In this document: in pieces, positions 44,626-55,714 of the stretch
How the letters are laid out: each line of letters begins with the position of its first letter
Position numbering within the stretch: the stretch's first letter is position 1
Assembly: GCA_040220235.1 (NCBI GenBank)
Contig: JAVJTO010000095.1
Source: Coleofasciculus sp. B1-GNL1-01
Lineage (GTDB): Bacteria > Cyanobacteriota > Cyanobacteriia > Cyanobacteriales > Coleofasciculaceae
DNA: 64,000 nucleotides
Strand: one strand, 5' to 3'
Notes under the pieces: model-generated
Told to the model about the DNA's origin: nothing
The model's input: the letters and a program-made list of their open reading frames with translations, nothing else
Database searches by the model: none
Position numbers and translations under genes: made by a program

Positions 44626-45852
44626 ATGGATTTCAGTCAAGAGTTACTCAAGAAACTAGACTCTATCGTCAACAACTGGGTGGAAGTCGTTCGCCAAGAT
44701 GGGGAACTGGAGAGTAGCCGTGAACTCACCTATAAGGCGGTGCTAGATGGTTTACCCTCAGTGCTGCGGGCGATCGCCAAAATCCTGTCTGACTCAGAAA
44801 ACGGCGCACATCAAACAATTGTCGAGAAAAGTTTAGAACATGGGATAATCCGAGCCAAACAAGGCTACGATCCCAGCGAAGTTGCCCGAGAATATCGAAT
44901 TCTGCGCCAGATTATCTTTGCTCATTTAGAATCAGATCTATTGCAAGGTTCAACCGCTCAGATTTTGCAAGCCACCCGGCTCATTGATATGGCACTCGAT
45001 GAAGTGATTGGTCGTTGTTTCAACAGTTATACTGAAGAACGATTACAGGAGTTAGAAAAACTGCAAAGTCAAGTCAACCTCACCAATCACGAACTGACCC
45101 GCTTAGTGGACACTCATCGAGATAATTTAGCCCATTTAGCCCATGATTTGAAAAATCCGCTACAGTCAATTCTCCTATCCTCTGATCTATTTCTACGTCA
45201 ACACAACACCCAAGACACTGTTATCAGTCTGGATCACATTGAGCGGGTACTCAGAAATGGGCGACAAATTTTACACCTGATCAACGATGCTTTAGAAGTC
45301 TCTCGTCATGAGGCGGGACAGGTAACATTGCAGCCAGAGGTAATTGATGTCTGCACGTTGATCGACAATGTGGTCGATACGTTAACACCCTCAGCCAGTG
45401 AAAAAGACCTGACAATAACCGTAGATTACGAACTAGCGCCGAGGCAAGTCACGACTGATCCCTTGCGACTCGAACAGATTATCACCAATTTGGTCAGTAA
45501 TGCGATTCGTTACACGGAAACAGGAAGCATTACCATCACCTGCCTAGTTGAGTGTAATAATCAACCTAATCAAAATGATCATTTTGAGCATTTTGTGATT
45601 GTGATTACCGATACCGGGATTGGTATTGCTCCAGAAGACCAAGCTAAAATTTTTGACCCGTATTTTCGCGGCGGTTCCCGTGCTAAACGTTTACCGGATA
45701 GTACCGGATTGGGGCTGGCGATTGTTGGGCGGCTGGTGCAACTTTTGCAAGGAGAAATTCAGCTTGACTCTCAGGTTAATGTTGGCTCAACGTTTAAGGT
45801 GATTTTACCGTTAGCCGTTCAAACCCCTGAGAGAACATCAGTGGATGTATAG
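44626..45852 (+). CDS. Sensor histidine kinase with RsbRD_N-like globin-fold N-terminus
   Basis: HG..RA.QGYD..EV.REY N-domain; AHDLKNPL, NAIRYT and TGLGL motifs. Confidence 0.88.
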   Translation: MDFSQELLKKLDSIVNNWVEVVRQDGELESSRELTYKAVLDGLPSVLRAIAKILSDSENGAHQTIVEKSLEHGIIRAKQGYDPSEVAREYRILRQIIFAHLESDLLQGSTAQILQATRLIDMALDEVIGRCFNSYTEERLQELEKLQSQVNLTNHELTRLVDTHRDNLAHLAHDLKNPLQSILLSSDLFLRQHNTQDTVISLDHIERVLRNGRQILHLINDALEVSRHEAGQVTLQPEVIDVCTLIDNVVDTLTPSASEKDLTITVDYELAPRQVTTDPLRLEQIITNLVSNAIRYTETGSITITCLVECNNQPNQNDHFEHFVIVITDTGIGIAPEDQAKIFDPYFRGGSRAKRLPDSTGLGLAIVGRLVQLLQGEIQLDSQVNVGSTFKVILPLAVQTPERTSVDV

Positions 45853-45977
45853 CGCTACGCGCCAGGCAATAGGCAATAGGCAATAGGCAATAGTAAAGAA
45901 AAAAGCTTACTAAATCAGGGGATTGAGCGATTTTGAATTTTTCTTAATTTGTCCTAATGTGTCTGCGTAGTGCTATA
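45848..45977. mobile_element. 130-bp MITE with TATAGC-type IRs
   Basis: TATAGCGCTACGC ... GCGTAGTGCTATA; internal (AGGCAAT)n tract. Confidence 0.7.
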
Positions 45978-46121
45978 ACTCCCGTTAACGAAAACAGTAA
46001 TGGTTAAGTCTGGAGGCACAATAAAAGTTAACGGCTGGGAGCATTATCTATCATTTCCCATTAATTTTTTACAAGGGTTTGAGGGCTATTGACCGAACTA
46101 AATCTAGTGAAATTATTGCCA

Positions 46122-47471
46122 TTAACCTACTGAATACGCTTTAAAGCGATGCTTAATTTTATTGGCGACAACGGCGACAATTACTACTGCAACTGCCAAC
46201 AAAACGGCTCCTATTTGCAGCCCCGAATCATCCGCCAAAATTGCCAACGCTGCGAAAACAATCGCCACTCCTACACCCAATTGTTCCACGCGCTGAGTGA
46301 TCTGGTACGCTCGGTTACAAGAGTGACAAAGTTCAGTATGCCAAAATAATGGCTGCCCTGACATTGTATTCAACTGACCTTCAGGTTCATTTTCCCTATC
46401 TTTCGAGGTTAAATAGCCGCGATAATAGGGCAAAGACGCCCCAACCCGATCCAGCCATTTGCGATATTCCATAGCAAACGTGTCACAGGTGGGAATGGGG
46501 GAATAAACCTGGTGTACCGATTGTCCTAACCGTTCAACTTCATGTTGTTGTCCTAATAGTATGGCAATATCCTGAGCCAGAATTTTATTCTGTTTTAGAT
46601 GAGTCCACCATCTGGGCATCAGCTTCACGGGTTGAGTGACAAAATTGCGATAGGTTCGTGATAAAATTCGACATCTTCCTTTGCTCAAGGGGAATAGGTA
46701 AAATGCCTGCCCAAAGAACCAGTCTTTATCAGGAATAGAAAAGCAAAAATGAGCTAAACTCGGAGCAATAAAATCAAACTTAATCCAGGTTGAGTTGGGT
46801 TCTCTTGTATTCCGCGATTGACCCCGAAACCCGTTGACGGAACTCTCCAGGATTTCCATTTCCAAGGGTTGAGCCTTGGCGCGATCGCCCTGATTCCCAT
46901 GATGGGTAATATGAATATGTGCTGGATCTAACATGTGTTCAAGCACATAGCTGATATCACAGGGGACTTCTGTGAGTTTGTCAGAATGAACAAATCCGGG
47001 CTGATCCAATTGCGGGATAGTAGGAATCGCTTGTTCATCCGCCAATTCAGCCGCACCGGGCAAAATCCAAATTAGTCCTTGGCGTTCGACAACTTTATGC
47101 GATCGCACATTAGCATTCACAGGTATTTTTCCATCAGCAGGTAACTGAGGAATATGCAAACATTGACCCTGACGACCAAATTGCCATCCGTGGTACAAGC
47201 ACTCAAGTTTACCATCAATAAGCTGTCCATCGGATAGTTTAGCCGCCCGATGAGGACAGCGATCGGTTAAACAAATTAATTCCTCTTGGTGTTGGAATAT
47301 AACGAACGGTTCATCATACAACGAAAAACTATAGGGGCGATCTTTGGGGAAATCTTGGCGGAAACAGACAGGATACCAACAATTTATCCAATTAAATTCC
47401 GATTCAAATTCTGGTTCAGATAAAGGATACGTTGATTGAGCTGAGTCCGGTTGATGAGGAGCAACTGTCAT
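46122..47471 (-). CDS. Rieske 2Fe-2S oxygenase, PaO/Tic55 family
   Basis: CPHR...CLYHGW Rieske motif; DPAH..TH iron site; C-terminal HTELCHSC and TM pair. Confidence 0.9.
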   Translation of the reverse strand: MTVAPHQPDSAQSTYPLSEPEFESEFNWINCWYPVCFRQDFPKDRPYSFSLYDEPFVIFQHQEELICLTDRCPHRAAKLSDGQLIDGKLECLYHGWQFGRQGQCLHIPQLPADGKIPVNANVRSHKVVERQGLIWILPGAAELADEQAIPTIPQLDQPGFVHSDKLTEVPCDISYVLEHMLDPAHIHITHHGNQGDRAKAQPLEMEILESSVNGFRGQSRNTREPNSTWIKFDFIAPSLAHFCFSIPDKDWFFGQAFYLFPLSKGRCRILSRTYRNFVTQPVKLMPRWWTHLKQNKILAQDIAILLGQQHEVERLGQSVHQVYSPIPTCDTFAMEYRKWLDRVGASLPYYRGYLTSKDRENEPEGQLNTMSGQPLFWHTELCHSCNRAYQITQRVEQLGVGVAIVFAALAILADDSGLQIGAVLLAVAVVIVAVVANKIKHRFKAYSVG

Positions 47472-47805
47472 ACTAAAACGAATTGTTACTGAGCGTGTGG
47501 ATTAATATTATACAAGGATATTACACAACAATTAAATTAACGTGAACGGTGAAGAACTCGCTGCCCTTGAAAAGCAAGCTACGTCATTTGTGATAATTGA
47601 GCGGTTAGGTCAGGGCGGGTTTAGTTATATCAGGGTGAAAACGAAACGTTAGGGGTAAAACCCGCCCCTACAGTTCCACCGGAACGTCTCTACAATTTCT
47701 CCCCCATCTTCCCCATCTCCACTCATGCACGAGATTTTTCCGCTAACCGTCCAAACCACTTCAGGACAAGGTATGCTGAAGAACTGATAGTCTGATGCGT
47801 GCCTT

Positions 47806-49833
47806 ATGCCTGTGCTGAACTCTGCCCCAGCAACCAATTTTCCCCTAACGGCTGTTGTGGGGCAAGAAGCAATTAAATTAGCGCTGCTGTTGGCGGCGGT
47901 TGACCCCGGATTAGGAGGAGTCGCGATCGCGGGACGACGGGGAACAGCCAAATCCGTGATGGCACGCGCCCTTCACGCCCTACTCCCGCCTATTGAAGTG
48001 GTCAAGGGTTCCATTTCTAATTGTCATCCCCGCTATCCTCAAGAATGGGATGATCAACTTTTAGCCCAAGGCGTTGAACCCGATACCGTGGAGACGGAAA
48101 TTATCCCCGCGCCCTTTGTACAAATTCCCTTGGGGACAACTGAAGATCGCCTCCTGGGTTCGGTGGATGTGGAGAAATCAGTCCAACAAGGGGAACCCGT
48201 CTTCCAACCGGGACTCTTGGCACAGGCACATCGGGGGGTGTTATATATTGATGAAATTAACCTCCTGGATGACCAAATCGCCAACCAACTGTTAAGCGTT
48301 CTCACCGACGGGCGCAACCAAATCGAACGGGAGGGGATTAGTTTTCAGCATCCCTGCAAACCTTTATTAATCGCTACCTATAACCCCGACGAAGGACCCC
48401 TGCGGGAGCATTTACTGGATAGAATTGCCATAACCCTCTCTGCTGATGGGGTACTGGCATTGGATCAGCGAGTGCAAGCCGTCGAACAAGCGATCGCCTA
48501 CACCACCTCACCCCAAGCCTTTCTCGGTCAATATAACGAAGACATCGATAACCTGAAAACCGAGATCATTCTGGCACGGGAATGGCTCAAAGAGGTGCAA
48601 ATTTCATCCGATCAAATCGCCTATCTCGTCGAAGAAGCCCTGCGCGGTGGCGTACAGGGACATCGGGCGGAACTCTTTGCCGTCCGCGTCGCCAAAGCCT
48701 CAGCCGCTCTAGATGGGCGTCAAACCATCAGTGCCGATGATTTGAAACGCGCCGTGGAATTGGTGATTGTCCCCCGTTCTACCATCGTCCAGACCCCACC
48801 AGAGGAACCGCCGCCACCCCCTCCACCCCCACCGCCTCAAGATGAGTCATCTCAAGATCAAGATGAACCCGAAGATCAGCAGGAGGAAGAAGAGGAACAA
48901 GAGGAACCAGAACAAGAACAAGAACCCCCCAGCATCCCCGAAGAATTCGTCTTTGATACCGAGGGCGTAGTTCTCGATCCCAGCGTCCTCTACTTCGCTC
49001 AAATGGCGCAGCGACAAGGAAAATCAGGAACGCGCAGCATTATCTTCTCCGAGGATCGGGGGCGCTATGTCAAACCCATACTTCCTAAAGGTGCCGTCAA
49101 ACGCATCGCTGTAGATGCCACATTACGGGCGGCTGCACCCTATCAAAAAGCCCGTCGGGAACGCCAGCCGAATCGCAAGGTTATCGTCGAATCGGGAGAT
49201 ATGCGTTCCAAACGCCTCGCCCGTAAAGCCGGGGCGTTGGTGGTATTTCTCGTGGATGCGTCGGGTTCCATGGCACTCAACCGGATGCAATCGGCAAAGG
49301 GTGCAGTGATGCAACTGTTGACCGAAGCCTATCAAAATCGTGACCAAGTCTCCCTAATTCCCTTTCGCGGCGAACAGGCTGAGGTGTTATTACCGCCTAC
49401 TCGTTCCATCGCCTTGGCACGGGGGCGACTCGATCGCTTACCCTGTGGGGGCGGTTCTCCCTTGGCACATGGATTAACCCAGGCGGTGCGCGTCGGTACA
49501 AATGCCAAAATGTCGGGAGATATCGGTCAAATCGTGATTGTGGCGATTACCGATGGACGAGGGAATATTCCCTTAGCCCGTTCTCTGGGTGAACCGATAC
49601 CCGAAGGCGAAAAGCCAGATATTAAAGGGGAACTATTGGAGATAGCCGCCAGAATTCGGGCAATGGGGATTCAGTTATTGGTGATTGATACCGAAAACAA
49701 GTTTGTCTCCACAGGGTTTGCCAAGGAGTTAGCCAAGCAAGCCGGGGGAAAATATTACCATTTACCCAAAGCCACGGATAAAGCCATTGCCTCAATGACG
49801 AAGAATGCGATCGCGGATATGAAATCCGGGTAA
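47806..49833 (+). CDS. chlD: Magnesium chelatase subunit D
   Basis: [11 protein letters not shown] motif, Pro/acidic linker, vWA DASGSM motif. Confidence 0.96.
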   Translation: MPVLNSAPATNFPLTAVVGQEAIKLALLLAAVDPGLGGVAIAGRRGTAKSVMARALHALLPPIEVVKGSISNCHPRYPQEWDDQLLAQGVEPDTVETEIIPAPFVQIPLGTTEDRLLGSVDVEKSVQQGEPVFQPGLLAQAHRGVLYIDEINLLDDQIANQLLSVLTDGRNQIEREGISFQHPCKPLLIATYNPDEGPLREHLLDRIAITLSADGVLALDQRVQAVEQAIAYTTSPQAFLGQYNEDIDNLKTEIILAREWLKEVQISSDQIAYLVEEALRGGVQGHRAELFAVRVAKASAALDGRQTISADDLKRAVELVIVPRSTIVQTPPEEPPPPPPPPPPQDESSQDQDEPEDQQEEEEEQEEPEQEQEPPSIPEEFVFDTEGVVLDPSVLYFAQMAQRQGKSGTRSIIFSEDRGRYVKPILPKGAVKRIAVDATLRAAAPYQKARRERQPNRKVIVESGDMRSKRLARKAGALVVFLVDASGSMALNRMQSAKGAVMQLLTEAYQNRDQVSLIPFRGEQAEVLLPPTRSIALARGRLDRLPCGGGSPLAHGLTQAVRVGTNAKMSGDIGQIVIVAITDGRGNIPLARSLGEPIPEGEKPDIKGELLEIAARIRAMGIQLLVIDTENKFVSTGFAKELAKQAGGKYYHLPKATDKAIASMTKNAIADMKSG

Positions 49834-49926
49834 TTGTGCGATCGGGGAGCATCATCATGTAGGGGCACGGCATTGCCGTGCCCTTACCCCATATTACCGT
49901 TGCCGTATCACCTCCAACCAAGACAT

Positions 49927-50589
49927 TCATTCATTCAGCCTATAGGCAAGGGTGTCAGAAGATTGAGAAGTGCCCTTACCCCATACCCGACGCAAATTCA
50001 ACACAAAACCTGGTAAGACTTCCTCCCCGGATAACTCAGCCGGATTTGACAATATTTCTACTGTTAAACCGACTCGATAAACTTCTACTGTTCTATTTTG
50101 GGGATCGATTAACCAACCCAGTTTAGCCCCATTATCCATATACTCCTGCATTTTCTCTTGCAGCGACTTCAGAGTATCCGACTGCGATCGTAACTCCACC
50201 ACAAAATCCGGGCAAATATTAGCAAAGGTTCCCTTTTGTTCATCCGTCAGTGCATCCCAACTTTCTTGACTAATCCAACAAGCATCCGGGGCACGAGTAG
50301 CACCATTGGGTAAAATGAAAGCCGTTGAGGAATCAAACGCCTCGCCCGGTTCATCTGCATTCCGCCACCATATATACAACTCTCCAGAAATACTCCAATT
50401 CCGTTTGCCAGTTCGCCAACCTGTGGGTGGATTCACAATTAATTCCCCTTTTGCCGTTCTCTCCAGGTGTAATTCTCTATTGCACTCTGCTAGGGCTGTA
50501 AACTGTTCTGGAGTGACATATAGCTTCATGGTTTTTGGTAACTCAAGTAACAGAGTTTCGGTTTCCGGTTTTGCTGGTGTCTGTACCAT
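49927..50589 (-). CDS. Uma2 (DUF820) family endonuclease
   Basis: LERTAKGEL, PDACW, CPDFVVELRS and LGWLIDP motifs; start at 50589 or 50607. Confidence 0.9.
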   Translation of the reverse strand: MVQTPAKPETETLLLELPKTMKLYVTPEQFTALAECNRELHLERTAKGELIVNPPTGWRTGKRNWSISGELYIWWRNADEPGEAFDSSTAFILPNGATRAPDACWISQESWDALTDEQKGTFANICPDFVVELRSQSDTLKSLQEKMQEYMDNGAKLGWLIDPQNRTVEVYRVGLTVEILSNPAELSGEEVLPGFVLNLRRVWGKGTSQSSDTLAYRLNE

Positions 50590-50974
50590 TTTTATCTCTC
50601 CTGTCATAGAGATTAGCGATCTAGGCAGTTAAAAACCCGGTTTCTGATTTAAAACGCGATTATTTATATTATCCATTTGTGTTGGTGCGTTACGCGGGGA
50701 ACACAATTCATTGGAGTTTCCCCTAAATTATTGCCGAGCTAACGCACGATGGCGGACTGACACAGCTAAAATTGTGAAATAGATTTGGCGGTGAAATTGG
50801 GCGCACGCTATGCGCCCCTACAATTCTAATCCACCAATTAAGGTGTGCCACGCCACTACTTGCTACTGGGGCGACTATTTCCGCATCACCTCCAACCAAG
50901 ACATTCAGCAATCGTGCGATCGCACCAATTACGGATTACGGACATCAGATACAATTAACTGGCGCGAAGTCTGA

Positions 50975-51796
50975 TCAGTCGGTTTCCTTCTCCTCTTGCT
51001 TTTGCAGAGTTTCCGAGGCTTCTTGAACCTGCTTCAGATGAATCGTATTCACCTGATTAATGAAATTCTCGATTGCCTGTTTCAGCTTTTTCTTACGTTG
51101 GGATTCATCGGCTATATCATAGCAACGATACGCCTGAGTTACTCCCAATATGAATTTTTCTCGTTCTGCTTCTAACAGTTCAACTGCCGTATTTGCCGAA
51201 ATCCAATTTTCTTGAAAAGGAAATGACGTTACCACACTGGCAACAATAGAAGCGACCGCTGGAAAGATAACAGGTAACCACTTAAACCAAACCACACCAA
51301 TATCTAACTTATCAACCAAAACCAGAATTGGTGTAATCCCAGAAAAGACAATCGTTGCCATTTGGAATGTATAATAGATATTTCTCGAAGTCTGGCGACT
51401 TTGTTTATAGTCTTCAATCAGTTCTTGGCAATACTGCAAAGCATTTTCTCTGGCTACCGTTATGGGATTGTTACCCGGTTGTTGCTGTTCATCAACGAGA
51501 TATTGATAAATTTCCGCTCGTTTGGCAACATCAAGCTGAATTTGACGACTTGCTGCTTGAGCTAACTGTTTATCGAGCAAGACAAGGAAAACAAAAAATG
51601 AAACTAAAACAGCTATCCAGATAACGATACTTGCTTTATTGTCAACAACAAAGCTAATGATGCTTGTACCAATTAACGCCGCGAGGAACAGGTATTGTCC
51701 AATCTTGATCCAGGGAATCGGCATACTGGGTAAGAGTGAACCCTTTTCTCCTGCCTGAGACGGATCAGATGGATTAGTATTGTTGAGAGTGGTCAT
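50975..51796 (-). CDS. DUF4231/SLATT-like membrane protein with an extra N-terminal TM pair
   Basis: YY..Q..TIVFS.ITP, second TM, and FQENW...ELLE.E..KF pattern. Confidence 0.75.
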   Translation of the reverse strand: MTTLNNTNPSDPSQAGEKGSLLPSMPIPWIKIGQYLFLAALIGTSIISFVVDNKASIVIWIAVLVSFFVFLVLLDKQLAQAASRQIQLDVAKRAEIYQYLVDEQQQPGNNPITVARENALQYCQELIEDYKQSRQTSRNIYYTFQMATIVFSGITPILVLVDKLDIGVVWFKWLPVIFPAVASIVASVVTSFPFQENWISANTAVELLEAEREKFILGVTQAYRCYDIADESQRKKKLKQAIENFINQVNTIHLKQVQEASETLQKQEEKETD

Positions 51797-51912
51797 AATC
51801 TTGGAGTTGATGATTGTCCATCGTTTTAACTAGATATTATTTCACGCTGGAATCAACTCAGTCAACCCAAAAAACTTGTACTGCTATAAGTCCTCATCTC
51901 CTGCCAACAGCC

Positions 51913-54111
51913 ATGGCGAATCTATTAATTATCGAATCAGGCGGTAAGGTCAAAAAACTCAAATCCATTCTCGGTGCTGGCTGGACAGTTAAAGCCAGTA
52001 TGGGTCATGTGCGGGAATTAGCCGATGATGGGGATGATTCTCTGGGGTTTGATTTGGACGGTTCCCACATCCACTGTCGCTATGTTCCCCGGAGTAGTCA
52101 AGCCAAGAAAATCTTATCGGAATTGCGCGGTGCGATTCGCCAAGCTGACCGCATTTACCTGGGGACTGATCCCGATAGAGAAGGGGAAACGATTGGCTGG
52201 CATTTGACCCAGGCTTTGCGATTAAAGAATCCGTTACGAGTGACCTATACCGAGATTACCAAAGCCGCCGTCGATCGCGCGATCGCACATCCGAAATCCC
52301 TTGATTCTAATTTAGTCGCCGCCGGACGCGCCAGGGATTGTTTGGATAAGTTGGTGGGATATAAGGGGAGTCGATTAGTCTGGCGTTTGAATAACGGCTG
52401 CAAATCCATGGGACGGGTGCAGAGTGCAACACTGCATCTATTGGTGAAGCGAGAACAGGAGATTTTGGCATTTAAACCTCAGGATTATTGGGTCGTCTGG
52501 GTTGAGTATCAGGAGGGATTTAAGGCTGTTTACGCAGGTCGAACTTACCCGCAAACGACGCAACGGCGGAATTCGAGGGATAAAAATAAGACTCAACCTG
52601 ATGATGCAGGTGAGGAGACGCCAGTCTCGGAAGGGACACGGGTACTCTCTCAGGAAGACGCGGATCAACTCGTTGCGATCGCCCGATCTCATTCTCATCA
52701 TGTTGTCACAGTCGAAGGAAAAACGGTTAAACAATCTCCCCCCGCCGCCTTTACTACCTCTACGCTTCAGCAATCTGCTGGTGCAAAACTCAAGCTGAAT
52801 CCAGAAGTGACAATGAAAATTGCCCAAAGCCTCTATGAAGCGGGACATATTACCTATATGCGGACGGATTCGGTGGCGTTGTCTCCAGAGTTTTGTCAGG
52901 CGGCGAAACAGTGGCTTTTACAGCATGACCCGGATAATGTACCCGCTAGAGTAGCCGCCCATCGCTCGAAATCCGGGGCGCAAGAAGCCCATGAAGCGAT
53001 TCGTCCGACTCATGTTGAACGTATACCAGAACAATTATCGGTTCAACTGACTAGGGATGAGGCGAAGCTGTATGATTTAATTTGGAATCGCGCGATCGCC
53101 ACTCAATGCTGTCAAGCTCAATTGTCCAAAACTCGGATTGTCACCCAATCAGGGGATGTATTTTGGGAAGCCAGGGGACAGGTGTTAGTCGTACCTGGTT
53201 ATACTCGCTATTGGAATAATATCGCCGCCGATTCCCAATTACCACAAGTACAGCCAGGACAATTGCTGACCTTAGATAACGCAGGTGCGGATAAGAAACA
53301 AACCCAGCCACCCCCCCGCTACAGCGAACCCAAACTGGTGCAGGCGATGGAACGTTCCGGAATTGGTCGTCCTAGCACTTATGCGCCGACAATTAAGACT
53401 CTCAAAGCGCGTAACTATGTGCAGTTAAGTAAAGGGAAATTGCAGCCAACCCAATTGGGGATGGAACTGGATGCATTTTTGGCACAGGTGTTACCCGACC
53501 TAATTCAGCCAGAATTTACCGCTAAGATGGAATCGGATTTAGATGCGATCGCGTCAGGGAAGTTGGATTGGGAGTGCTATTTAACCGGGTGGAATCGAGA
53601 TTATTTTGCTCCGGCGCTCAACTCGGCATTTTCCCAAGTTCCAGAAATAGCCAGTCAAACTCAGTCTACCCCGAAGGGTGAATCGAAACGGCGTCCGAGA
53701 ACGGAACTCACGGATTATTCCTGTCCTAAATGTCAGCATCGGATGACTAAGGTATTTTCTACCTCTAAGAAGCTAAAAGCGGATCATTTCCTTAGTTGCG
53801 ATAATCGTGAGGGGGGATGTGGGGCGGTAATGTTTTGGAATGGGAAGGCTGGGGAGTATGAGTTACCGCGTTCGGAACGTCCTAAAGCCAAACCCACCAA
53901 GCCAGACAAACCAGCCAACTTAACGGAATATGCTTGTCCCAAGTGTGGCAAGCCGTTGGAGTTGTATGAATATGAGAAAGAGGGTCAAGCGAAGAAAATG
54001 CTGCGTTGTGCAAATCCCAAGTCTCGTCAGGGAAAATGTAAAACTGTGGCTTATTTTTGGACGAAAAAGGGGACGTTTTGGAGTCCCAAGTTTGGCGAGG
54101 TGAAAAAGTGA
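51913..54111 (+). CDS. topA: Type IA DNA topoisomerase with two C4 zinc ribbons (probably an accessory copy)
   Basis: TOPRIM IIES..K and DPDREGE; GRVQS; catalytic ITYMRTDS; GIGRPST; two C-terminal CPKC motifs. Confidence 0.9.
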   Translation: MANLLIIESGGKVKKLKSILGAGWTVKASMGHVRELADDGDDSLGFDLDGSHIHCRYVPRSSQAKKILSELRGAIRQADRIYLGTDPDREGETIGWHLTQALRLKNPLRVTYTEITKAAVDRAIAHPKSLDSNLVAAGRARDCLDKLVGYKGSRLVWRLNNGCKSMGRVQSATLHLLVKREQEILAFKPQDYWVVWVEYQEGFKAVYAGRTYPQTTQRRNSRDKNKTQPDDAGEETPVSEGTRVLSQEDADQLVAIARSHSHHVVTVEGKTVKQSPPAAFTTSTLQQSAGAKLKLNPEVTMKIAQSLYEAGHITYMRTDSVALSPEFCQAAKQWLLQHDPDNVPARVAAHRSKSGAQEAHEAIRPTHVERIPEQLSVQLTRDEAKLYDLIWNRAIATQCCQAQLSKTRIVTQSGDVFWEARGQVLVVPGYTRYWNNIAADSQLPQVQPGQLLTLDNAGADKKQTQPPPRYSEPKLVQAMERSGIGRPSTYAPTIKTLKARNYVQLSKGKLQPTQLGMELDAFLAQVLPDLIQPEFTAKMESDLDAIASGKLDWECYLTGWNRDYFAPALNSAFSQVPEIASQTQSTPKGESKRRPRTELTDYSCPKCQHRMTKVFSTSKKLKADHFLSCDNREGGCGAVMFWNGKAGEYELPRSERPKAKPTKPDKPANLTEYACPKCGKPLELYEYEKEGQAKKMLRCANPKSRQGKCKTVAYFWTKKGTFWSPKFGEVKK

Positions 54112-54253
54112 CGGAGGATGGCGATGCAGGGCTTGCTGTATTAAGGCGGAAACTATACACTACAAGAGTTCAATCCATTTTTCGACAAAAAGTGCTTTCG
54201 TTTTGACACCTAGATGGGCGATCAGCTTATTTTTTATTTGTCCAAAGTCCAAA

Positions 54254-55021
54254 TTAAAGTGACATACCCCCGCCTCCAGTCATTACTGTTTCTCCAGTGG
54301 GCTGCGAGAATCTTTGTGATGGCTCGACAGTCACTACAATTGAAGAGTTACCTGACATGACATTATCTAACGGGATTTCTACGAATACTTTTCCTTGAGG
54401 GTCAGGCTTAAATTCACCACAGTAAATTTTTTTCCCGTCGGCAGTTGCCCACAATCGATAAATTTGTCCTTTGGGTAAGGGATCTAGATTTTGGAGTGTT
54501 AATACTGCCACCTCAGAGTTTGGTACAATCACCATACTTCCAGAGGCTTGAGGGATTGCATTCGTTCCTTTGAGGGATACCAAGCGGCTACTAGGCTGAC
54601 GAAGTAACGCGATCGCTTCCTTGTAGCGCGATAGTTCAGCACGAGCAGCAATTACCTCTTGATGTAAGCGATAGCTATATATACTGAGTCCAACTATAAC
54701 AGAAGCAGCAACACTTCCTGCAACACTAAGCCAAGCTTTTTGTCTTCTCCGAAGTCGGTTTGATACTCTTGCCGTTGAACTCGTATCGCTATCTCTAGCC
54801 ACTTGTAAAATCTGAGACCCTAAACTTGCAGGAGGCGAAGTTTCCGGTAAAGATAAAGGAAGTAATGCCAAAGTTTTCTGCAAGTGGCTCACTTCAGTAG
54901 CTAATTCTGGATTAGACTCCAATAACTGATTCACCGAAGCCACTTCTTCTGGAGTCAAATCACCAAGGACGTAGCTGGCTAAAAGTTCGTTTAAGTCTTC
55001 GGAGTCTCGAAAGTCTACCAT
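54254..55021 (-). CDS. Anti-sigma factor, RskA-like
   Basis: ELLASYVLGDL N-terminus, TM helix, YRLWA...VTVEP...PTG C-terminus; overlaps the sigma gene. Confidence 0.88.
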   Translation of the reverse strand: MVDFRDSEDLNELLASYVLGDLTPEEVASVNQLLESNPELATEVSHLQKTLALLPLSLPETSPPASLGSQILQVARDSDTSSTARVSNRLRRRQKAWLSVAGSVAASVIVGLSIYSYRLHQEVIAARAELSRYKEAIALLRQPSSRLVSLKGTNAIPQASGSMVIVPNSEVAVLTLQNLDPLPKGQIYRLWATADGKKIYCGEFKPDPQGKVFVEIPLDNVMSGNSSIVVTVEPSQRFSQPTGETVMTGGGGMSL

Positions 55022-55581
55022 CGCTGTTCTACCAAATCTTGTAATAGTTGTCTAAGCTTTAACAAGCCCTTGCGCTTGTAAGTTTTTACAGTTCCTATGG
55101 GCATATTCAAGCCTTGGGCAATTTCTGATTGACTTAAGCCGTCATAGTAAGCCATCTCCAGAACCTGCCGATGATGGGAAGGCAGTTCAGAGAGTGCCTC
55201 GCGGACGCGGCTCGACATTTCTTCTAAGGAAGCCTTATCCATCAACGTACTCCAACTTTCAGGCGGAAGGCTGCGAGTCCATCGTTGAAGACGCTGCCAC
55301 TGGGCTTGCATCTGACGATGGCGGTCAATTGCTTTTGAGCGGGTTAAAGTCAATAAAAAAACTAACATGGAACCTCGCTTCGAGTCATAAGTTCCTCTGT
55401 GTCTGAGGGCAAGAAATACTTCTTGGGTGAGGTCTTCAGCCTCTTGTGGATTGCCTAACATCCGCAAAGCGGTGCGGTAAACAACCTCTCCATAGCGCTC
55501 GTAAAGGATACCCAAGGCTAGCAGGTTCCCCGATCGCAACGCTTGAAATACCTCGGCATCCGTTTGGTGGGATAGCATCAT
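55015..55581 (-). CDS. ECF sigma-70 factor (SigK-like)
   Basis: AEDLTQEVF region 2; AYYDGLSQSEIA..L..P.GTVK region 4. Confidence 0.92.
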   Translation of the reverse strand: MMLSHQTDAEVFQALRSGNLLALGILYERYGEVVYRTALRMLGNPQEAEDLTQEVFLALRHRGTYDSKRGSMLVFLLTLTRSKAIDRHRQMQAQWQRLQRWTRSLPPESWSTLMDKASLEEMSSRVREALSELPSHHRQVLEMAYYDGLSQSEIAQGLNMPIGTVKTYKRKGLLKLRQLLQDLVEQRW

Positions 55582-55687
55582 TTAAAACCATTGGTCTTGA
55601 CATAAAAGCTAAAGCATGATGTTGATTTGTATCATCGACTGCCGTTTTTGCTCGATTCAAACCTATTGATCTGAGATTTATCAGTGA

Positions 55688-55714
55688 TACGAGGCTGACG
55701 CTCAAAAGGATTTA
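55688..55714 (-). promoter_or_regulatory. Putative ECF promoter A, upstream of the sigma gene
   Basis: Minus strand TAAATCC-TTTTGAGCGTCAGCCT-CGTA. Confidence 0.75.
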
